DNA of 32,000 bases from an uncultured Clostridia bacterium (GCA_934647235.1 CAKUFG010000012.1:28452-60451); one strand, 5' to 3'. Counted from the stretch's first letter, positions 1 through 8,660 are shown. Notes: generated by a model not told the origin, from the sequence alone. Made by a program: numbers and translations.

Positions 1-713
1 TCGCTGGCCTTGGCCAGCACTTCCTTGGGTACGTCGGCGCTGTGCTTGCGATAGCGCAGCTGCTCCTCGGTAAAGTGCATGGCGTCCACGGGCGGGATGA
101 ACCTGACCGGATGGCCCACGTTGGCGGCCTTGAACAGCAGGGTGTTGCCCATGCGGTCCTGGTTGGGCTGCTCGGGAGCGTGCGGCTCGTTGAACTCCGC
201 CTTGCCCTCGCTGCCCGTGCGGCTCTTTACGCCCACAAACGCGCCCAGGGTGCCGTTGCCCGTGCAGTCGGCAAAGATTCTGCCATGAATCAGCAGCCGC
301 TTTTCGGTGCTCATCTGATAGCACTCGATGCAGGTGATTTCGCCGTCCTGGCAGGCGGCGGCATGCATGGTGGTGTTCAGCAGCAGCGTCAGGTTCTTTT
401 CGTTCCTGGCGGCCTGGAACAGCACCGCATCCCAGATGGAAAAATTATAGCTGTCGTTCACGCGCTTGTTGCTCAGCATCAGCTCGTGCACGATGCCGCC
501 CTCGCTCAGCTCGGGCTTTTTCATGTTGGCGGTTGCGCCGCAGATGTGCATGCGGATTTCGCTGCTGGCGTTGCCGCCCAGCACTGGGCGATCCTGCACC
601 AGGGCGGTCTTCGCGCCGTGGCGCGCGCTGGCGATGGCCGCGCACAGGCCCGTCATGCCGCCGCCGACGATCACCACGTCAAAATGCAGCGTTTCTTCCT
701 TAAATCCGATCAT
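1..713 (-). CDS. FAD-dependent oxidoreductase (PF12831-like). N-terminal 237 codons only; the 3' end lies beyond the window edge.
   Basis: Own reverse-complement translation from ATG 713-711 gives MIGFKEETLHFDVVIVGGGMTGLCAAIASARHGAKTALVQDRPVLGGNASSEIRMH... The frame stays open to position 1 (checked codon by codon). A GxGxxG Rossmann motif lies near the N-terminus. A GGAGGA SD (718-723) sits 4 nt upstream. It is not in the ORF track because it has no in-window stop; the listed + ORF 42..755 is its antisense shadow. Confidence 0.8.
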   Translation of the reverse strand, partial: MIGFKEETLHFDVVIVGGGMTGLCAAIASARHGAKTALVQDRPVLGGNASSEIRMHICGATANMKKPELSEGGIVHELMLSNKRVNDSYNFSIWDAVLFQAARNEKNLTLLLNTTMHAAACQDGEITCIECYQMSTEKRLLIHGRIFADCTGNGTLGAFVGVKSRTGSEGKAEFNEPHAPEQPNQDRMGNTLLFKAANVGHPVRFIPPVDAMHFTEEQLRYRKHSADVPKEVLAKAS

Positions 714-737
714 ACGATCCTCCATCCATTTCGATTG

Positions 738-760
738 TTCGATCACTATGTATGATCGAA
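738..760. promoter_or_regulatory. Perfect inverted repeat TTCGATCA-N7-TGATCGAA, a candidate operator upstream of the oxidoreductase gene
   Basis: Read directly: arms at 738-745 and 753-760, 25-47 bp upstream of the ATG at 713. Related GATC-containing motifs lie nearby. Confidence 0.4.
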
Positions 761-876
761 CGGCGAAAACAGCGCGCCGCAATCCATAAATCGGCAGGCT
801 TTTTTCGCGCAATACGCAGTTCTCTGCTATTTTACCAGCTTTCGGGGCGAATGGCAAGATGGAATATGTACGATCA

Positions 877-920
877 TATAAAGAAAACGCGCATTCTTCG
901 ATCAATCGAAGAATGCGCGT
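877..920 (-). terminator. Rho-independent terminator downstream of the stefin-like gene
   Basis: Perfect 15-bp stem ACGCGCATTCTTCGA (887-901) / TCGAAGAATGCGCGT (906-920) with loop TCAA. On the minus strand it is followed by TTTTCTTTAT. Confidence 0.75.
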
Positions 921-937
921 CGGTACGTTTGAAAGGC

Positions 938-1324
938 TTACTCGGCCACGGGCTCCTGGATGGAGAAGGCGATATCCTCCACGCGCGCCAGCTCGCACGC
1001 GCCCTCAATGCTCTGGTACACATACACCAGCGCGTAGGTGGGCTGCGCATCGGGATAAACCACGGTCAGGCGGCAAAGCAGGCAGTAATTCATGCCGGCA
1101 ACCACCTGGCTGGCCAGCAGGGCGATGGGCTCATAGGTGCAGCCCTCCAGGCCCTCGATGGCCTTGTTGAAGGCGTTCAGCACTTCCTGGGGGATTTCGG
1201 CGGGGTTCTCGGTGTTGCTGATCCAGCCGCCCAGCTTCATCATGGGTTCTTCCGCCAGGGCGGGAGCGAAGGAGACGGTCAGCAGGGTCAGGGCCAGCAG
1301 GGTGCAAAGCAGTTTCTTCATCAT
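938..1324 (-). CDS. Secreted stefin/cystatin-like protein (128 aa from the ATG at 1324; the ORF track begins at GTG 1333)
   Basis: Signal peptide MMKKLLCTLLALTLLTVSFAPALA|EE. The mature part carries KLGGW, then NPAEIPQEVLNAFNKAIEGLEG, then SQVVAGMNYCLL. The QVVAG is encoded at 1094-1108 as CAG GTG GTT GCC GGC. The motif order resembles type-1 cystatins (stefin A/B) as I recall them. Confidence 0.6.
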   Translation of the reverse strand: MMKKLLCTLLALTLLTVSFAPALAEEPMMKLGGWISNTENPAEIPQEVLNAFNKAIEGLEGCTYEPIALLASQVVAGMNYCLLCRLTVVYPDAQPTYALVYVYQSIEGACELARVEDIAFSIQEPVAE

Positions 1325-1419
1325 GGTAATCACATTTCCTTTCTTCTTTTGCAGCGCCTGAGCGCTTACATCCTGTTAGACGGGCGCGCGGATGGCAGGT
1401 TCCGCATTTTCTAAAGTTT

Positions 1420-2622
1420 TTAACGCCCTACGCGCACCTGATCCACCGCGCGGTTGCGCATCAGCTCCACCGGGTGCGGGGCCAGCTCCACGCGAAAATC
1501 CTGCCCCATGCGGCGGATATGCTCCGCTACCACCGCGTGGCTGGGCACGCGCATCACATCGGGATTCATGCGCTTCTGATAGCGAAAGAAATCCGCGCCG
1601 TTGGGCAGCACGCCTACGGGCAGGCGCTGGCCGCGCCGCAGGGTAACGCCCACCGTGCGCAGCGCGCCGCGGATGTAGCCCTTGTTGGGCTGCAGAATCA
1701 GCGGCGGGGGCAGTTCCTGATCGATAAAGGGCGGCTCCTGCCCTTCATGGGCGCGCAGATACAGCCGCCGCGCCTTGTGCAGATGCGCACACTGGGCGTA
1801 AAACGCCTGATCGTATATGGCGCGCAGGGCGGCGTCCTCCTCCTGTGCGCGCAGACCATCCAGCACATAGCACAGCGCATAGGCGCGCAGCGTCAGCGCC
1901 TCGCAGGGATCGCCCGCGTGCCCCAGCAGGCTGGCGTATTGGGTGGCATGCTCGGTCAGAATCAGCGACAGCTCCGCATATAGCGCGCGGGCCTGCTCAC
2001 GGCTTTCGCCCAGCGCGTCGGCAGCCAGACGGGCGGCATAGCGCGCCGCGCAGGATAGTAAAAACAGCGACAGCGGCGTTTGCGGGCCTGCCTGCGCGCG
2101 TTCGATGGGCGGCTGTACCTCGTCATAGGGGTGACGGTGCGCGGCGATGCACGGGCGGCCGGGCATCAGCTCGGCCATGCCGCCCAGCTTTTCATCGGCC
2201 GATACGCCGTATTCCAGCGACAGCAGATTGGCCGTGCGGTACAGCATATCGCAGGCCTCGGGCAGCAGAAAATCCATGGCTGCGCGGGCACGGGGATGCG
2301 TTTCGCGCTGGGCCGCGGCGGCGGTCAGCTCAGTCAGCATAAACAGCGCCAGCAGCACGCGCTCACAGGGGCGCTCGCGCGGCAGAAGCGAAAGGAATTG
2401 CAGTCGCTGCTGCCATTCCACGCGGCGAATCAGCGCGGTCTCGCGCAGAAAATCCGCGCTTGCGTCCAGCGACGCTTCGGGCATATCCGAAAGCACGGCG
2501 GCGGCAAGCATCAGCCGCGCGGTGCGAAGCGGCTGATCCCCGGTCAGCGGTTCGGGCAAAAGCGACTGCCAATCCTTCAGTCCCTGGCTGATGCGCGGCG
2601 GAACGACGGTATATGGATTCAT
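1420..2622 (-). CDS. Hypothetical cytoplasmic protein, 400 aa, Ala/Leu/Arg-rich helical N-terminal part plus a distinct C-terminal domain; no family recognised
   Basis: ORF 1420..2676. I prefer the ATG at 2622 (MNPYTVVPPRISQGL...) because GGGAGGGGAG lies 4 nt upstream. Codon bias is consistent with neighbouring genes. No signal peptide or TM segment is visible. Confidence 0.6.
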   Translation of the reverse strand: MNPYTVVPPRISQGLKDWQSLLPEPLTGDQPLRTARLMLAAAVLSDMPEASLDASADFLRETALIRRVEWQQRLQFLSLLPRERPCERVLLALFMLTELTAAAAQRETHPRARAAMDFLLPEACDMLYRTANLLSLEYGVSADEKLGGMAELMPGRPCIAAHRHPYDEVQPPIERAQAGPQTPLSLFLLSCAARYAARLAADALGESREQARALYAELSLILTEHATQYASLLGHAGDPCEALTLRAYALCYVLDGLRAQEEDAALRAIYDQAFYAQCAHLHKARRLYLRAHEGQEPPFIDQELPPPLILQPNKGYIRGALRTVGVTLRRGQRLPVGVLPNGADFFRYQKRMNPDVMRVPSHAVVAEHIRRMGQDFRVELAPHPVELMRNRAVDQVRVGR

Positions 2623-2734
2623 AGGCTCCCCTCCCTGATGACGGCAAGCAAGTTGAAAACAAAGCTGGATACTCATCAGGATACGCGCAAACGGGGGGCA
2701 ATATACCGTAGAAAATGGCCAGACTTTTGCGCAG

Positions 2735-2765
2735 ATAAATGAAAAAGAGGGCGAAAGACCCTCTT
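2735..2765 (-). terminator. Terminator after mnmG
   Basis: Stem AAGAGGG (2745-2751) / CCCTCTT (2759-2765). On the minus strand it is followed by TTTTTCATTT. Confidence 0.55.
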
Positions 2766-2772
2766 GAAAAGA

Positions 2773-4557
2773 TTATGCGTTCTGCGAGCTCTCCCGCTTT
2801 TTCAGCCACACCATCAGCACGGCCACATCGGCCGGGGAAACGCCCGGAATGCGCGCGGCCTGGGCCAGCGATACGGGGCGCTGGGCGGACAGCTTCTGCC
2901 GGGCTTCCATGCGCAGCCCCGTGATATCCATGTAGGGCGCGTCGGCGGGCAGCAGCTTTTCCTCCATGGCGCGGGCCTTGAGGATGGCAGCCTGTTCTTT
3001 TTGCAGGTAGCCCTCGTATTTTACCTGGATTTCGGCCTGCTGGCGCGCGCCGGGGGCATACTGCGCAGGATCGGGCAGCAGCGCGTCGATGCTGTTTTCG
3101 GGATGGCGCAGCAGCGCGTCGCGGCGGGTATCGCGCAGATAGGCCAGAATTTCCTCCGTCTGGCGCGCCTTATCCTCCATACGGCGCATGCGCTCGTCGC
3201 TGGCCAGGCCAATGGCGTGCGCGCGGGCTGTCAGGCGCAGATCGGCGTTATCCTGCCGCAGGTACAGCCGATGCTCGGCACGGCTGGTCATCATGCGGTA
3301 GGGCTCGTCCGTGCCCTTGGTGGTCAGATCGTCCACCATCACGCCGATATACGCCTGATCGCGGGTCAGCAGCAGCGGCTCGCGCTCCAGCACATACTGG
3401 GCGGCGTTGATGCCCGCCAGAATACCCTGCGCGGCGGCTTCCTCATAGCCCGAGGTGCCGTTGACCTGGCCGGCCAGGTACAGCCCCGGCACCTGCAGCG
3501 CGCCCAGCGTGGGGGACAGGGCGGTGGAATCGATGCAGTCGTATTCAATGGCATAGGCCAGGCGGGTCAGGATGCAGTGCTCCAGGCCCGGAATGGTGCG
3601 GTACATCGCCCACTGCACATCCTCGGGCAGGCTGGAGGACATGCCCTGCACATACCATTCCGCATCGTTATAGCCCTCTGGCTCCAAGAACAGCTGATGG
3701 CGCTCCTTGTCGCGGAAGCGGACGATCTTGCTTTCGATGGAGGGGCAATAGCGCGGGCCGAGGGATTGAATCGCGCCGTTGAACATGGGCGCGCGGTCCA
3801 GATTCTGCAGGATGATTTCGTGCGTGCGGGGATTGGTATAGGTCAGGTAGCACATCATGCGGTTTTCCACCGCGTGATCGGTCAGAAAAGAGAAGGGCAC
3901 GGGCGGCTCGTCGCCGGGCTGCGGCTCCATGGCTGAAAAATCGATGGAGCGCGCGTCCACGCGGGCGGGTGTGCCGGTCTTGAAACGGCGCAGGGTGAAG
4001 ACCAGACCGGCCAGGCTTTCGCTCAGGCCCGCTGCGGGCAGCAGTCCCTGCGGGCCGCCCTCCCACTGTGCCTCGCCGATGAAGATTCTGCCCTTCAGAT
4101 ATACGCCCGTGCATACCACGGCGGCGCGGCAGGGAATATGATCGCCCGTTTTGGTTACGACTGTGCTGACGCGGCCCCCCTGGGTTTCCAGGCGGATTAC
4201 CTCGCCCTGACGGACGGTCAGATGCTCCTGGGCAAAGAGCGCGCGCTTCATGCGCTTCTGGTATTCGCGTTTATCGGCCTGCGCGCGCAGGGAATGCACA
4301 GCCGGGCCCTTGCTGCGGTTGAGCATGCGGCTTTGCAGGGTGGTATCGTCGATGGCGCGGCCCATTTCGCCGCCCAGTGCGTCCACCTCGCGCACCAGAT
4401 GTCCCTTGCCTGTGCCGCCGATGGCGGGATTGCAGGCCATCAGGGCCACAGCGTCCAGATTGAGGGTAAACAGCAGGGTTTCGCAGCCCATGCGCGCGCA
4501 GGCAAGCGCGGCCTCGCAGCCCGCGTGGCCCGCGCCGATTACGATGACATCATACAT
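2773..4557 (-). CDS. mnmG: tRNA uridine 5-carboxymethylaminomethyl modification enzyme MnmG (GidA)
   Basis: 594 aa. N-terminus [24 protein letters not shown] (FAD Rossmann). Conserved GidA blocks are present ([47 protein letters not shown]). Confidence 0.95.
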   Translation of the reverse strand: MYDVIVIGAGHAGCEAALACARMGCETLLFTLNLDAVALMACNPAIGGTGKGHLVREVDALGGEMGRAIDDTTLQSRMLNRSKGPAVHSLRAQADKREYQKRMKRALFAQEHLTVRQGEVIRLETQGGRVSTVVTKTGDHIPCRAAVVCTGVYLKGRIFIGEAQWEGGPQGLLPAAGLSESLAGLVFTLRRFKTGTPARVDARSIDFSAMEPQPGDEPPVPFSFLTDHAVENRMMCYLTYTNPRTHEIILQNLDRAPMFNGAIQSLGPRYCPSIESKIVRFRDKERHQLFLEPEGYNDAEWYVQGMSSSLPEDVQWAMYRTIPGLEHCILTRLAYAIEYDCIDSTALSPTLGALQVPGLYLAGQVNGTSGYEEAAAQGILAGINAAQYVLEREPLLLTRDQAYIGVMVDDLTTKGTDEPYRMMTSRAEHRLYLRQDNADLRLTARAHAIGLASDERMRRMEDKARQTEEILAYLRDTRRDALLRHPENSIDALLPDPAQYAPGARQQAEIQVKYEGYLQKEQAAILKARAMEEKLLPADAPYMDITGLRMEARQKLSAQRPVSLAQAARIPGVSPADVAVLMVWLKKRESSQNA

Positions 4558-4587
4558 GTATTGATCGCCCGTTCTTATAAAAGTGAG

Positions 4588-6315
4588 TTATTTTTCTGTG
4601 TTGCGGTATACCGAGTACCAGCGGAAAGCCTCGCTGTCGGGGTTGATCACCGTCAGGTTGTAGCCCAGCAGATCGAACCAGTAGAAGGTTTTGACGTTGC
4701 TGGTGCCCTTCCACATGGTTTCGGTGTTGGGCACGCTGTCGTAGGGGATGCCCAGGATGGAGATGGTTACGCCGCCGTCGGGCGGGGTGACGGAGGTGAG
4801 GTTTTCGTCCTTGAGGTATTGGGTATACCAGGCGGTGTGGTAGTTGTTCATGCCGCAGTGGATGGTCAGCGGGTTGTCCAGATAGGGGGCCAGCTGCTCG
4901 CCCACCTGCTCGGCGGTGAAGCCGAAATCGCGCAGCGTGCCGATATAGATCATCACATGGTAGCCGCCGCCCTGGTTGGCCAGGTTGATGCAGTCGCCTA
5001 CCTTCATATTCTGCGCCCACTGGGCGGAGGGCAGCTCCTTCATATCAACGCGGTTGGGCTTGGCGGCGTTTCGGGTATCGCTGATGGCGGGCAGCTTTTT
5101 CATGCCCACCTGGTTGTGCACCCAGCGGGCGAAGCCGATGCAGTCAAAGCCGCCCAGGTACAGCTTGGACGTGCTGTAATAATGGCTGTCCTGCGAGGCG
5201 TAGCGCGGGCGCAGCAGGGACGACTCGTTGGAACCGGCAAACAGATAAGGGCAGCCGTACTTGAAGCGCGCGCTGACGCTGCCGCCGCAGTTTTCGTTGT
5301 AGGCCAGCAGCACGGGGTTGCTTTCGTCCATCATGGTCAGCGCCACGTTCAGAAAGCGCTGCGCCTCGATGCGCTCCATGTGCTTTTGCAGCTCGGCCAG
5401 GGCGGCCTTGGTGCTGTTGGTGGATTTGAGCTTGTCATAGTGCAGATAGCCCTCGTGCTCGCCGTCGGTCACGCGGGCGTATATGCCGTGGAAGGCCGTC
5501 ACCGTCAGCGGGGCGTTCTTTTTGATATCGGCCAGTTGCAGGGCGTTTTCCAGGGGATATTCATACAGCACGGCCTTTTCGTTGGTTTTGGCATCAAAGG
5601 GCTCTACCGTAAAGTCCTCGCCCAGGATGGTCAGCTCGCCTGCCTCTACATACAGCGTCTGTCCTTCGATATCCACCGTCAGGTGGTCGCCGTCGTAGCC
5701 GTTTACGATGACCGGCGCATAGGGGGTAATCTCATGCAGCGCCGCCGCGCCGTAGCAGGGGGATTCGTAGGCGCTGACCGGCTCGTCGGAGAAGGCGACG
5801 TAGGGCGTAACCTCGCCGCGCTTGTATTCCATCTGCATGAAATCGCGGATATAGACATAGCCGGATTTGCCGTTGTATTCAATATAGGCGTACTCATCCG
5901 TCACAGGGAACACGCGGAAGCGCACGTCCGCAGGCAGGATATCCAGCGTGGTGGTATCGGCCAGGGGCTGGGCGCGCATGCGCACGGGCGTGCCGAAAAA
6001 GCCCTCGATGGACTGCGCATCCTCGGCCGTGGGGTCGTTATATTCCACCTGCACGCAGTCCTTCATATGGACGTAGCCGGTTTTGCCGTCATAGGAGGTG
6101 GCGGCGTAGCTGTCGTTCACGGGGGTAAGCTTAAGCACTGAACGCGCGGGAATGTTGACGATGTTGGGGGTATTGGGGCGCGGCTCGGCGCGCATCCAGC
6201 GCGCATCGCGGAAATAGGCGTAAAAGCTCTCCGCCGTATCCTCCGCCAGGGCGGCGGGCAGCAGGCCGCACAGCAGCGCGGCGACGCATAGAAGCGAGAT
6301 TACCTTCCTGATCAT
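4588..6315 (-). CDS. Secreted cell-wall hydrolase: four SH3b-like repeats plus a C-terminal NlpC/P60 (papain-fold) domain
   Basis: Start chosen at MIRKVISLLCVAALLCGLLPAALA (signal peptide); the ORF track starts further upstream at 6390. Repeats end in GKTGYVHMKDCVQVEY, GKSGYVYIRDFMQMEY, GQTLYVEAGELTIL and HEGYLHYDKLK. Catalytic-type motifs are GGFDCIGFARWV (Cys) and GGYHVMIYIG (His). Confidence 0.85.
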   Translation of the reverse strand: MIRKVISLLCVAALLCGLLPAALAEDTAESFYAYFRDARWMRAEPRPNTPNIVNIPARSVLKLTPVNDSYAATSYDGKTGYVHMKDCVQVEYNDPTAEDAQSIEGFFGTPVRMRAQPLADTTTLDILPADVRFRVFPVTDEYAYIEYNGKSGYVYIRDFMQMEYKRGEVTPYVAFSDEPVSAYESPCYGAAALHEITPYAPVIVNGYDGDHLTVDIEGQTLYVEAGELTILGEDFTVEPFDAKTNEKAVLYEYPLENALQLADIKKNAPLTVTAFHGIYARVTDGEHEGYLHYDKLKSTNSTKAALAELQKHMERIEAQRFLNVALTMMDESNPVLLAYNENCGGSVSARFKYGCPYLFAGSNESSLLRPRYASQDSHYYSTSKLYLGGFDCIGFARWVHNQVGMKKLPAISDTRNAAKPNRVDMKELPSAQWAQNMKVGDCINLANQGGGYHVMIYIGTLRDFGFTAEQVGEQLAPYLDNPLTIHCGMNNYHTAWYTQYLKDENLTSVTPPDGGVTISILGIPYDSVPNTETMWKGTSNVKTFYWFDLLGYNLTVINPDSEAFRWYSVYRNTEK

Positions 6316-6360
6316 TGGCAAGTCCATCCTTCCCCTGCGCATAACAGGACATTTACAGCC

Positions 6361-6390
6361 ATTATACCCCATTTTTGCCTGTGGACGCAA
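6361..6390 (-). promoter_or_regulatory. Candidate sigma-A promoter for the NlpC/P60 gene
   Basis: The minus strand reads TTGCGT (6390-6385), an 18-nt spacer, then TATAAT (6366-6361). Confidence 0.4.
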
Positions 6391-6435
6391 TATATAAGCG
6401 GCGCGGGCGAACGATTTTACACTTGCGCGGCTGCG

Positions 6436-7062
6436 TCAGCGCCCGCCGTTCCATTCGGCGTAAAACTGATCGAGAAAATCGCGCATAAAGGCCTCGCGCC
6501 CGGCGGCGATATCGCGCGCGGGCTGGGTGCACAGCATATCCCGCAGCAGAAAAAGCTTTTCATAAAAGTGATTGACCGTCGTGCCCTGGTTGGCGCGGTA
6601 GGCGGCCTCGTCCATGTTCAGCCGGGGCGGCTCGGCAGGGTCGTACATCCTGCGTCCCTTGGCACCGCCATAGGCAAACGCCCGCGCCACGCCGATGGCG
6701 CCGATGGCGTCCAGCCGGTCGGCGTCCTGCACAATCTGCCCCTCGACGCTGCCTGGCCGCACCGAATCCGTGCCCTTGAAGGATACTGTGCGGATGATGG
6801 CGATCACTGCTTCGATCCGTTCCTGCGGCACGCCGCAGCCGGCCAGAATGCGCCGCGCGCTGGCGTAATCCTTTGTGGCGAACAGCTTGGGATCGTCCGC
6901 ATCATGCAGCAGCGCACCCAGGGTGACAAGCTCCCGGTCGCAGGGCAATTGCGATGCGATGCGCTGCGCCGTGCGGGTCACCCGCAGGGTGTGAAACAGA
7001 TCGTGCCCGCTGCTTTCGCCCGCGAACAGGGCTTGCAGCTCGGCGATAATTCTTTCTTCCAT
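6436..7062 (-). CDS. HD-domain metal-dependent phosphohydrolase (YpgQ-like)
   Basis: Start at MEERIIAELQ (7062), with AAAGGAG 6 nt upstream. The sequence HDLFHTLRV...LGALLHDADDPK supplies the H...HD...D motif set. Length is 208 aa. Confidence 0.8.
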   Translation of the reverse strand: MEERIIAELQALFAGESSGHDLFHTLRVTRTAQRIASQLPCDRELVTLGALLHDADDPKLFATKDYASARRILAGCGVPQERIEAVIAIIRTVSFKGTDSVRPGSVEGQIVQDADRLDAIGAIGVARAFAYGGAKGRRMYDPAEPPRLNMDEAAYRANQGTTVNHFYEKLFLLRDMLCTQPARDIAAGREAFMRDFLDQFYAEWNGGR

Positions 7063-7093
7063 GGCGGCTCCTTTCGTGCTGAAGGCTGCCCTT

Positions 7094-7121
7094 ATTATAT
7101 CAGCTGCAGGCGCGAATGCAA
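7094..7121 (-). promoter_or_regulatory. Candidate sigma-A promoter for the HD-domain gene
   Basis: The minus strand reads TTGCAT (7121-7116), a 16-nt spacer, then TATAAT (7099-7094). Confidence 0.45.
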
Positions 7122-7151
7122 ACAAAAATCCGCCCGTTTGCACAGGCGGAT
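7118..7151 (-). terminator. Terminator after the sigma/anti-sigma operon
   Basis: Stem ATCCGCC (7128-7134) / GGCGGAT (7145-7151). On the minus strand it is followed by TTTTTGTTTG. Confidence 0.6.
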
Positions 7152-7164
7152 AGATAATTATGGT

Positions 7165-8193
7165 TTATTTGGCTTCGGGCTGAAAGGCGATGCTCTCCAG
7201 CGGCTCGAAGGGGCCGTAGGTGCCCAGCAGCAGCTGCAGGGTGTCCGGCAGCGTCTCCATGGGGGACAGGAGCGAGGTGTAGGTTTCAAAGCCCTGCTCG
7301 TCCGGCATGGCCGCGCTGCCTGAGGCGACCTCATAGCGGCTGCCCTGCGCGTCGCACAGCCAGATATCGCAGTTTTCGATTTGCTGCCTGAGCTGCACGT
7401 CCACCACCATGTAGGTATACAGCGGGCTGAGAATCAGCCGTCCGCCGCGGCAGGCAAAGCGCTGACCCTCAAAGGCGGGGATGGCGTATTCCCTGACCTC
7501 CGCCGCATTGCGGATGCGGAAGGAAAGCGTCTCGGTCACGCGGTTTTCGCGGCCGTTGGGGAAATAGCTGTAGTCATACTGCTGCACATCCTGGCCGGAT
7601 ACAGCGGCAAACTCCTCCCACAGGATCAGCACGTCGGGGCTTTCATACAGGTAATCGGCCGTGCCGCCGGTGCCGCTGACGGGGTTGACGCCTTCATCCG
7701 AAGCGCCGTGCAGCGTAGGCAAACCCACCTCAACCGGCTTGCGGCCCGCTGCCAGCTGATCAAAGGTGTATTCCTGACAGTCGATATCCACGCTGTCGCC
7801 GCTGCAGAAATCCAGCCCGTACAGGAAAGTATCGGCGGATTTGGCCCGGTATTCATATACGATGCGCGTGCGGTAGCCGTCGCACAGCGCCTCGCGGACG
7901 GTCAGGGTGAACAGGTCGTTTTCACCGCCCTGCTGATCAAAGTCCTTCTGCACCAGGCTTTGCGCGGTGGGCAGGGGCTGGATGTCGGTGTAGGTATCCA
8001 GCACGCCCGTGGCGGTGAGGGCGATGGCCGTGCCCATCAGCGCCAGCACGGCGGCTGCGGCGATGCACACAATGCGCAGGGATAGCTTTTTCATGGGTTC
8101 TTCCTCCTTCAGATGGGCGAGGGTGGTTTCCATCCGCCCGGTAAAGGACGCGGGCGCCTGCTCATAGGCTCGCTGCCAATCGGATTGTTTCAT
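7165..8193 (-). CDS. Single-pass anti-sigma factor (DUF4179-like) with a roughly 280-aa extracytoplasmic domain
   Basis: ATGA start/stop overlap with the sigma gene (8190-8193). The architecture is a short cytoplasmic N-terminus, a TM helix (LRIVCIAAAAVLALMGTAIALTA), then a large outside domain. No HxxxCxxC zinc motif is present. Confidence 0.7.
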   Translation of the reverse strand: MKQSDWQRAYEQAPASFTGRMETTLAHLKEEEPMKKLSLRIVCIAAAAVLALMGTAIALTATGVLDTYTDIQPLPTAQSLVQKDFDQQGGENDLFTLTVREALCDGYRTRIVYEYRAKSADTFLYGLDFCSGDSVDIDCQEYTFDQLAAGRKPVEVGLPTLHGASDEGVNPVSGTGGTADYLYESPDVLILWEEFAAVSGQDVQQYDYSYFPNGRENRVTETLSFRIRNAAEVREYAIPAFEGQRFACRGGRLILSPLYTYMVVDVQLRQQIENCDIWLCDAQGSRYEVASGSAAMPDEQGFETYTSLLSPMETLPDTLQLLLGTYGPFEPLESIAFQPEAK

Positions 8194-8660
8194 AGCGCCG
8201 TATCCTCCTTAAGAAAGCTTTGAAGCTGCCGCCTGGCGCGCGACAGGCGGGATTTGACCGTGCCCTGGGGCACGCGCAGCAGAGAAGCCGTTTCGCGGAT
8301 ATCGTAGCCCTCCAGATAATAGAGCACCACGGCTGCGCGAAGGGCTGGCTCCAGCTGCTCGATGGCCTCGCGCAGCAGGGGATCGGGCGGCTCGGGCGCG
8401 ATCTGTTCCGGAAGATTGTCCGATACGATCACGCGCTTTTTGCGCCGCTGCATATCCACGCATACGCGGATGAGAATGCGCGTGAGCCAGGTTTTGAAGT
8501 ATTGCTCCTCCCGCAGGGCGCGGCGCTTTTCCCAGGCGCGCAGCAGCGTCTCCTGCACCGCGTCGTCCCGGTCGGGCGGCGAGGCCAGATAGGCGCAGGC
8601 CACGCGGTAGAGCGATTGCGTCGCTTCCCGCGCCCGGCGCGAAAATTCATCCTTGTCCAT
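8190..8660 (-). CDS. ECF-type RNA polymerase sigma-70 family factor
   Basis: Start at MDKDEFSRRA (8660), with AAAGGAG 7 nt upstream. Region 2 reads DAVQETLLRAWEKR. The region 4 HTH reads YYLEGYDIRETASLLRVPQGTVKSRLSRARRQL. Confidence 0.9.
   Translation of the reverse strand: MDKDEFSRRAREATQSLYRVACAYLASPPDRDDAVQETLLRAWEKRRALREEQYFKTWLTRILIRVCVDMQRRKKRVIVSDNLPEQIAPEPPDPLLREAIEQLEPALRAAVVLYYLEGYDIRETASLLRVPQGTVKSRLSRARRQLQSFLKEDTAL

Noticed and set aside
4138-6141. Very long ORFs antisense to real genes: 4138..6141 (+), 2764..3936 (+), 8803..10617 (-), 14119..15369 (-), 15400..17241 (-), 18551..20641 (+), 22195..23028 (-), 27748..29679 (+), 42..755 (+)
   Set aside because: Each lies opposite a gene with unmistakable family motifs (NlpC/P60, MnmG, 5'-nucleotidase, ComEC, HolA/RsmG, HtpG, PolA, UvrC, FAD oxidoreductase). 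Their translations are low-complexity and rich in Arg, Ala, Gly, His and Gln. They lack SD sequences. Stop-codon-poor antisense frames are expected in GC-rich DNA.
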